A DNA stretch of 58,160 bases, filler included, from Basidiobolus ranarum (lineage: Eukaryota), in NCBI GenBank assembly GCA_040143965.1. It is 6 parts of 6 records of this genome, joined end to end, with 100 filler letters (N's around TTAATTAATTAA, not from the genome) between each part and the next. Parts side by side here need not be neighbours in the genome. Positions count along the whole stretch, not along the records: positions 48,571 to 58,160 come from JASJQH010007679.1; 5 more parts are not named here. One strand, given 5' to 3'. Both the position numbers and the translations under genes were made by a program. The stretch's first letter is position 1. Every line of letters begins with the position of its first letter. Positions 51,342 to 58,160 of the stretch are shown here, in pieces. Below the pieces are notes generated by a model, which saw nothing but the letters and a program-made list of their open reading frames with translations, made no database searches and was not told the origin of the DNA.

Positions 51342-53366
51342 ATGACCGAGAAAAAAGTAAAGAGTAAAGTCTTTCAAGAAGAGACTATGAGAATGGTGCA
51401 CCATTCCTATGGAGAGGAAAATAGTAACCCAATGTTCGAAGGAGACACTCTCAACACTATTTGGTCTCCTTTTACCTCGCTATTTACAAGTGACCAAGTG
51501 AATATCTTATTGATGGCCTGGCTTCCTTCTATGATAGCCACTTCGGGGCATATAGCTGTGGATATGTTTTTAATTTCAGCACTGGTTGCAGGCCTCGTGG
51601 CACTTTTGAAATTTGCTGGTCACATTTCAGCGAACTTACTCAATTTCAAAGGCAAAAAGAAAGCCGACTCTATCAGTATTCAAGTAGAACCGGAGTTTAT
51701 GGGTCTATACGAGGAATTTGAAATCAACACTCATCATAAGTCCTTATCTTGGCTTGTCTCTGAACAAAGCAAATTTCTACTGAAAGGAAGCTTTTTAATG
51801 GTTCCCGAGACGGAGAATTATCGCGGTGACGACGACGACGACGAAGTACATGTCCCCGAGTTTAACGTTCTCCCACAAGACAATGAGAACCTTTTCATCT
51901 CCTTTAATGACGACATATTCAAAGTGTATTTCAAGGAGTCCTCCGAGCAAGAGAATCAACCAAAGGAGGAGAATAACAACAAAAATATTTTTGACGACGG
52001 AAAGGTTAAAAGAAAAGCTAAGGTCCTTCCATCAATTGTAGTCGAGTACTGTCCCAATTTTGTGTATCCAGACGGAACAAAGCCAAAAAGTCGCAAGCAA
52101 GATGTAACCAACGAAAAACAAGAATTGAACAAGAAATCCCTGAATGACCCTGATGTTGCCATGAATAAGGTGATTGCTTTCATCCAAGCCACAACAAGAG
52201 CACATTTGATAGAGCAGAAGGATGATCGCGTTCGTTCTAGATATGAAAGAGCAAGCTATGGATGGGAAGTTGTACAAACACTCAGTCTGACCCGAGGTCT
52301 CAGCACGGTTTGTCTGGATAGAAGCAATGAAGTGTTATTAAAGCATGATTTGGATACCTTCTTGTCTGATAAAGATTTCTACCAACGAATTGGACTTCCA
52401 TACCGTCGAGGAATCTTACTGTATGGCAAGCCCGGTACTGGAAAGACCTCTCTTATCAACGCTATCTCCAGTGAGCTGAATCGCGACTTGTATTTTATCA
52501 ATTTAAAGGAGATAGACAGTGATTCTGCTTTAAATACCGCGTTCAACTCTGTTCCTGCAAATCAAATTATCGTGCTTGAGGATTGTGATACTCAAAGTAA
52601 AGTTTTGCATGCTCGTAAACACGTTTCATCCACGGATGAGTTTATGAAGATACTAGGACCTGGAATCGGATTCGGAAGTGGAGAATCATCGAATAAAGTT
52701 GGAGGGGCCGAAGGATTCTTCAGGCCGTTCTCCCTGTCCACTTTCTTAGCAAATTTGGATGGACATTCCCTCTCTGATGGTAATATCATCATCATGACCA
52801 CCAATCACCCAGAGCTACTTGATCCTGCTGTGATTAGACCTGGCCGTATGGATTTAAAGATTGAGTTGGGCTACTGTTCGCACTATCAAATTCAAAACAT
52901 GTACTCCTCCGTATTGGAAAATCCCGAAGCAAAACTGGACGAAAAATTACTCAAGGAAAAGGTTCCTGAAAGACTACTGCCACCTTGTGAAGTCATGACA
53001 TGTATGGTCTTGTATCGCCGTACCCCGGAAATTATACCAGATAAACTACTGGAATTGGTAGAGAAATTCCAGAAAGGTGCCAAGTCCATTATTGAAGAGG
53101 AATTGGAGCGTAGAGCCCAAGAGGAGTTGGAAAATAAGATCTTCGAGGAAATCAAGGCCAAGCAAGAAAATGGAACTTCTGAGGAAGCTGCAGAAGAAGA
53201 GGAGCAAGCGGGAACGGAAGAACAAGCGGAAACGGAAGAGCAAGTGAAAGTGGAAGAACCAACGGACGACGACAATAACGTTGAACAAACTCCTGAGATC
53301 AAGGTTAATGACAAAACCCCTACCGATTCGGATTATGGGTCGGATACCGAGCGAGTTGTCGGTTAA
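51342..53366 (+). CDS. BCS1-like AAA+ ATPase, intronless (674 aa), N-terminal TM region and acidic tail
   Basis: FYQRIGLPYRRGILLYGKPGTGKTS (Walker A), IIVLEDCD (Walker B), SLSTFLANLDG, IMTTNHPELLDPAVIRPGRMD (SRH). Confidence 0.92.
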   Translation: MTEKKVKSKVFQEETMRMVHHSYGEENSNPMFEGDTLNTIWSPFTSLFTSDQVNILLMAWLPSMIATSGHIAVDMFLISALVAGLVALLKFAGHISANLLNFKGKKKADSISIQVEPEFMGLYEEFEINTHHKSLSWLVSEQSKFLLKGSFLMVPETENYRGDDDDDEVHVPEFNVLPQDNENLFISFNDDIFKVYFKESSEQENQPKEENNNKNIFDDGKVKRKAKVLPSIVVEYCPNFVYPDGTKPKSRKQDVTNEKQELNKKSLNDPDVAMNKVIAFIQATTRAHLIEQKDDRVRSRYERASYGWEVVQTLSLTRGLSTVCLDRSNEVLLKHDLDTFLSDKDFYQRIGLPYRRGILLYGKPGTGKTSLINAISSELNRDLYFINLKEIDSDSALNTAFNSVPANQIIVLEDCDTQSKVLHARKHVSSTDEFMKILGPGIGFGSGESSNKVGGAEGFFRPFSLSTFLANLDGHSLSDGNIIIMTTNHPELLDPAVIRPGRMDLKIELGYCSHYQIQNMYSSVLENPEAKLDEKLLKEKVPERLLPPCEVMTCMVLYRRTPEIIPDKLLELVEKFQKGAKSIIEEELERRAQEELENKIFEEIKAKQENGTSEEAAEEEEQAGTEEQAETEEQVKVEEPTDDDNNVEQTPEIKVNDKTPTDSDYGSDTERVVG

Positions 53367-53614
53367 TCTTGGAAATACTACCACTGGTACCACTGGCGTA
53401 GCTACTAGCGCCTAATTGTATTTAATAGTAGAGCATTTCAGTCAATTAAATAAGCATAATTCATTGTACGGACTTTGCTAGTCACTAATGAAACATCTCA
53501 TCCCAAATAAAGAATACTGGTCTTCATTAATAACACTTTTAGCAATGTCGAGCTTACTGTTTGATATTAATAAATAAAGAAGTTTATTGATGTTTACGAA
53601 GGATACAAATATAT

Positions 53615-54274
53615 TTACTCTTCAATCAAGTCTTCAACTATGACATCGTCCATGTTAGTAAATGTACTCATGCCAGAGGGATCGTGTAACACCCAAGTCC
53701 AAGGTTCGGCGACATCTAAAAGAGCATTAAGACTGCTTATACAATCCACAGTTTTGTCTTTCTGGTCTTCTGATAAATGAGACATTTCAACGTGAGTAGC
53801 CAAGTTAAACACGGCGGAGGCAACGTAGTTGTAGATAGTATCTATTCTGGTACGACGATCCAAACCAAATTCGAATTCAAGTTCGGGGATCTCAGCACGA
53901 GCATAAGGAGATTTTAAGCAAACGTTCCATAATTGAGGAATACTGGTGATTTTTACGGAAAATTTCTTGGGCTTCCATTCTTCCCTGGGAAGTTCGGGCT
54001 TGAATTTGAATTGGGAGAAACCTCTTTCATTCTGACTGATTTCTACATTAGGTAGAGCCTCTAAGAATTGGATGAAAGATCCGTTCAAAGCGTCCTCAAA
54101 CTCATCTCTATCTTCGTAACCAAGCTCTGCGCACATCAACTTCTCTACTACTTCTGTAGCCAACCATTCAGCAGGAGTTTCAGCGTATAATTTTTCCAAT
54201 TCTTCTATAAGTCTATCGACTTCTTGGTGACCAAAGTTGATACGGTAGGGAGATTGTGTGGTGGTTGACTCCAT
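53615..54274 (-). CDS. ZPR1 A/B-domain-like protein lacking the zinc finger, intronless (219 aa)
   Basis: CLKSPYARAEIPELEFEF...RIDTIYNYV...WTWVLHDPSGMS parallels the ZPR1 motifs VVKS...IPELELEI...TTVEG...FTLILDDPxGNS. No CxxC pairs are present. Confidence 0.7.
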   Translation of the reverse strand: MESTTTQSPYRINFGHQEVDRLIEELEKLYAETPAEWLATEVVEKLMCAELGYEDRDEFEDALNGSFIQFLEALPNVEISQNERGFSQFKFKPELPREEWKPKKFSVKITSIPQLWNVCLKSPYARAEIPELEFEFGLDRRTRIDTIYNYVASAVFNLATHVEMSHLSEDQKDKTVDCISSLNALLDVAEPWTWVLHDPSGMSTFTNMDDVIVEDLIEE

Positions 54275-54766
54275 TGTAAAGTAATTCCTTGAATCAGTAA
54301 AAGGTGAGCAAACCGAAGTGGTAAAAGATATACTTGAATTTTTAATTAATAATGTTGATAATTGGTTGGGATTTTTTTCGATTTTTTTCCAATGAACGCC
54401 GTAGTGAACTTCGAGCTCCCTATCATTTCACTATAATGGCATTGCTGACATATTGATTTTTAGTCAACTTTCTACCAAGTTCTCGAATGTTGAAAAATAA
54501 TGGTTGCTTATATTAATGAAATTGTGGATTAAATTGCTAACTAAAATATGAGTTATTTACGCAAAATATCAATACCAAACAGTACACAAGTTAGTTTGTG
54601 CATGCATACTCGATCGGTTTCTGATTGAAATGTCAGGAGTGCTTATAACAAACATACAGTTGATCTTGGAAGTTGCCATGAGCACACACATATATATAGA
54701 AGCCTCGAATTGGTCCTACACATATACACTTCTGTCTTATACTTCACACACACATAGATACCAGCG

Positions 54767-55474
54767 ATGACTAAAAATGATACCTGCTGTTGTTGTATTA
54801 GTTTACGCATTGGATGCCTAATATTGACTGGATTTGAGATGGTACATTTCCCTTTCTGAAATCAAAGGTTTATTTCATGCTGTAACACTTCATCTCATTT
54901 AGCTTGTTGGTTTTTTGTTTACCATCCTGATTACTCTGAATTGGGGTGGTGTAACCAATTCATCTTTCGGAGTAAATAATAATTACTCCCGCTCGAGTCC
55001 CACTCTTCAAGTTGGTCGGATAGGATTGTTCATTTTATTCACCGCATTTATTATTACACTTCTTACTGGTATCCTTGGTTTGGTGGGGACTGTAAAGGTG
55101 GGATTAGCAATCAGAGGCAATATTGGAATTTTACTAACCGGAGGTTCAGTGTAAATCCTGGATGTTACTAGTTTATTTAGGAATGACCTCAATTTTGATG
55201 TTAGGCGAATTTATTGGAATGGTTCTTGCTTTTGTTAATCAAGAATGGTATAATGGAGTGTTAGCACTGATAGCGGTAAGTGCAATTGGAATACAAGTAA
55301 ATTAACTGAGCGAACATTAATTCATTCATTAAGCTATCACTGCAAGCCTTCTTTACTTGGAATATCTCACGCTACAGGCATGTGATTATTGCCGCCCAAC
55401 ATGCGCAAAATTATTCTGGTGTATACGTTCCTGAAAAAGGTAGCCGGGAATACAATGCGAATCCAGATTTATAA
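54767..55474 (+). CDS. Small 4-TM membrane protein with N-terminal Cys cluster (LAPTM/tetraspan-like), 4 exons
   Basis: Spliced MTKNDTCCCCISLRIGCLILTGFEM|LVGFLF...GLVGTVK|CKSWMLLVYLGM...VLALIA|LSLQAFFTW...NPDL*, all at GT-AG boundaries. Confidence 0.75.
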
Positions 55475-55782
55475 TCTTCCACCGCAAAGTTTATATATAA
55501 AATGATCGTAGAGACCGATATATAGAGCAGCTTTCACAAACTAATCTGCTAATAAATGAGCTTTATTCGATGAATATCAGAAAGAGCTATGAAACAATGA
55601 ATATTATAGAATGGATGAAGAGTACGAGTAATATACAAGAATGAAAAGCCATGTGTGTGATTCAGACCTCGCCGAATAAATTAGTTGGCCATGTAATATG
55701 TATGTGTATATGAGGGATATGCCACTTGCTATTAGAGTGTATAGGCGGAGGAACCAAAGGGATGGTGGGCTGCCGATATAGT

Positions 55783-56672
55783 TCAGTACCTCAAAGATGA
55801 TTCTTTTAGAGCTACTTGCCAATCTTTGGGTAATCCCTAAGAATTCATTCCGTAAGTATCAGGGTTTTCTCTATACTGTACTATAGTTAAATCTCACTTA
55901 CGATATATTCACCGGCAGTGGAGATACTAACATGTGTGATATGGATAGGATTCAGTGGGGCTGAAATTTTCTCCCGCTTTTGGAAAAATAACTTAATGAA
56001 TATCATCACGCTTGTAAAATTCATGTGGACATAGACATACCTCCACTTCCATACTTTTGACGGATTGGATTTTTGGACTGGTAAAGCTAGGTTTGTTGAG
56101 TGGCTGTTGGGTGGGAATGCTCATGATGGCCTCTAAATTATCTCCAGGTATGTGCTCATTGAAGGTGTTGGCAAAGCTCTATATAAAAAATATTGATATT
56201 TAACAATGATGCACATTACTCTTATAATTCCAGTATATATGCTTACATTGAATTCACCAGTCTCAGAGTCGATACCAGCGTGACCGAAATGGATACAATT
56301 CGATGGACCAGAGATACGAATTCTCTTATTTACATTCGTGGAAGTGGGTTTGAAATAACCTATTGAAAGAGTTAATATCGTCACAGAAGATAGAGGTCAA
56401 GTTACAAAATATTAATCTATTTACCAGTCACTGATTTTAGCAAAGTTGTGAAAGTAGACTTGAGGTTGCTAGGCTTATTATCAAGATATAGACTTTGTCC
56501 ATAACTAGCCTCATTGGTAGAAGCACGAGGGTGCTTTCGTGGCAGTTGACCCTCTAAGCTTTCAGCTTTGCTAGAGGTTCTTGAGAAGATGCCTACAGAA
56601 GAAATATGGTTTGAGTTTGTACTCGAAGGAATTAGTCATAGATATCTAAAGGGTACCTTTATCGGATAACAT
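55783..56672 (-). CDS. Small (~190 aa) protein with two PAK-type CRIB/PBD motifs and no kinase domain, 6 exons
   Basis: Exon 56359-56247 encodes IRISGPSNCIHFGHAGIDSETGEFN. Exon 55976-55902 plus the last exon encode KISAPLNPIHITHVSISTAGEYI|GLPKDWQVALKES. All joins are GT-AG and in frame. Confidence 0.78.
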
Positions 56673-57626
56673 GTTGATGAAAATAATCTAAGCGGTGTAA
56701 AAAAAAGATATTGGGGAAGGAGCAAAGTCAGAAAATGTGTGTTGAGCAGCGGCAGACAACATGTTTATACATTTTATGAATGACGAGAAGCAAGTTTTCA
56801 AACCAGAAATACAGGTAATACAAGGACTGCCACTGGGTATGGGTACTATGATAATTAATTGAATGCTTGCAAAATACATCCAGTATTAAATGAGTGTAAC
56901 CTGATTGGTCTTTTTTGAGGCTATGCAAGCGGCATTAATCTACTACAGCATCTTCACTTGATTTGGTAATAGGGGTTACATGATGGATCTAAGGGCTCAC
57001 TCGTTCAAAGCCCACGTTAATCCGGCGGGCTAAGCAGGAATGGTGCAATGGTGATTTAGTCGGGCGATTCATGTGAACGAGATTGTGGATAGGGGATGTG
57101 CGAACTATGAGCTAAATGGAATGAATGGTCTTTGACATTCCGGTTCTAATCCTCACGAGGAACAATGACTCCATTGGCTAATAAGCGAGAAATCAAAAAG
57201 TAAACAAAGCAAACGTAACAATCACATTTGTGATGTAATCTTGACAACAAAGACCAACACTTCTGATGAACTAAATGACATGCCTAGTGCGAGTCTATAG
57301 CCCTGATGCAACCTCAAACGTAAACCTGAAACGCATTCGAAACCAAATCAATTGAAAATTTTATTCCAAGTTTTAATTAAAGCGACTCTACTGGGAATGT
57401 TTGTATCTCTAAAAAATACGAGTATCACGTGATCGAACGAATTCATGTGCCTAAATAATTATGTTCCAGAAAAGGATGCTATGCCATCCCGAGGCAAGCA
57501 GTAGGTAGATTCTAGTGTACAATGGCGTTATATTCACAAAGGTCAATACCTATACGATGCGAAGAAAACGAAAAGTGATTTAAAAGTGAGAATATAGGTG
57601 ACAACTTTGAACTGTAGAAAGATCAT

Positions 57627-58160
57627 TTAATCTTCATCGTCCACAACGAAAGCTCGACCTCTCCTTGGACGTCTTGGCGTGCTTTCATTTAAGTCATCAT
57701 TGCCTGTATGAGGATTAACAGAGTCGAACTCGAAATCCTGAATTTCACTCTCATCTACACTAGTGGCTTGTCCTCTCTTTGATCTAGTATTACGCCGCTC
57801 ATTTCCACGTTGGCGAACATTGAGAGACGCTTCTTGATATTCATCATCGCTGTCAGACATTACTTGATTTCTTTTTTTGCGCTTGGGAGGAGTCTGCCCG
57901 TTTTGCTTTTGTTTTTTGCGCCCCTTTTGACGGGATATGAGTTTACGCTTGTTGCTATATAATGAAAGTGGAGTCAGTTAATATTTTAATTAGAACATCA
58001 TATCATGTCAAGCCTACCGAGTGAATGAAGGGTCTTCTTCCGCGTCGTAGTTGAGATCTTCTTCATCCTGAAACTCGACTTCTTCAGGAAGTTCTTGATC
58101 CGCAAGCTCCTCTTCCTCATCTTCATCATGATACTCATCCTCAGAGTCATCATCTGAGTA
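57627..58160 (-). CDS. 3' end of an acidic and basic low-complexity, probably nuclear protein (partial)
   Basis: D/E-rich exon, an intron at about 57955-58017, then NKRKLISRQKGRKKQK...PPKRKKR...AFVVDDED*. The 5' part lies beyond the window. Confidence 0.7.

Noticed and set aside
51342-53366. BCS1-like ATPase as a viral gene linked to the AT-rich island
   Set aside because: It is on a different contig and has host-like GC and codon usage.
53377-53412. TACCACTGG duplicate and a small GC hairpin after the AAA ATPase stop, terminator-like
   Set aside because: Short and imperfect with no U-tract, in a eukaryotic 3' UTR. Not distinguishable from chance.

Overview
Eukaryotic DNA with many short GT-AG introns, most consistent with an early-diverging fungus (a Zoopagomycota/Mucoromycota-like assignment is inference). 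The window is not one locus. It is six contigs of decreasing length (9627, 9620, 9614, 9610, 9599, 9590 bp) joined by artificial N44-TTAATTAATTAA-N44 linkers, so gene neighbourhoods across linkers mean nothing. Contig 1: two decayed, almost CpG-free Ty1/Copia elements flanking an AKR7-like aldo-keto reductase. Contig 2: MATE and SulP transporters plus a small hypothetical protein. Contig 3: a synaptojanin-like inositol 5-phosphatase with a >1100-aa motif-rich tail, a UBXN7/Ubx5-like gene and HIS2. Contig 4: a probable CACTA transposon end, an F-box gene and a tandem H2B-like/H2A-like histone-fold gene. Contig 5: a sharply AT-rich, intronless 2.2-kb island encoding three putative membrane proteins (PQ-loop transporter, small tail-anchored protein, two-TM Cys-rich channel-like protein) that looks like the edge of an endogenised large DNA virus or other foreign element, then WRAP53/TCAB1 (with a U12-type minor intron) and VAC7. 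Contig 6: a solo Copia LTR, intronless BCS1-like and zinc-finger-less ZPR1-like genes, a small 4-TM protein, a kinase-less double-CRIB protein and a partial acidic protein. Exon boundaries were read by eye and no database searches were run.
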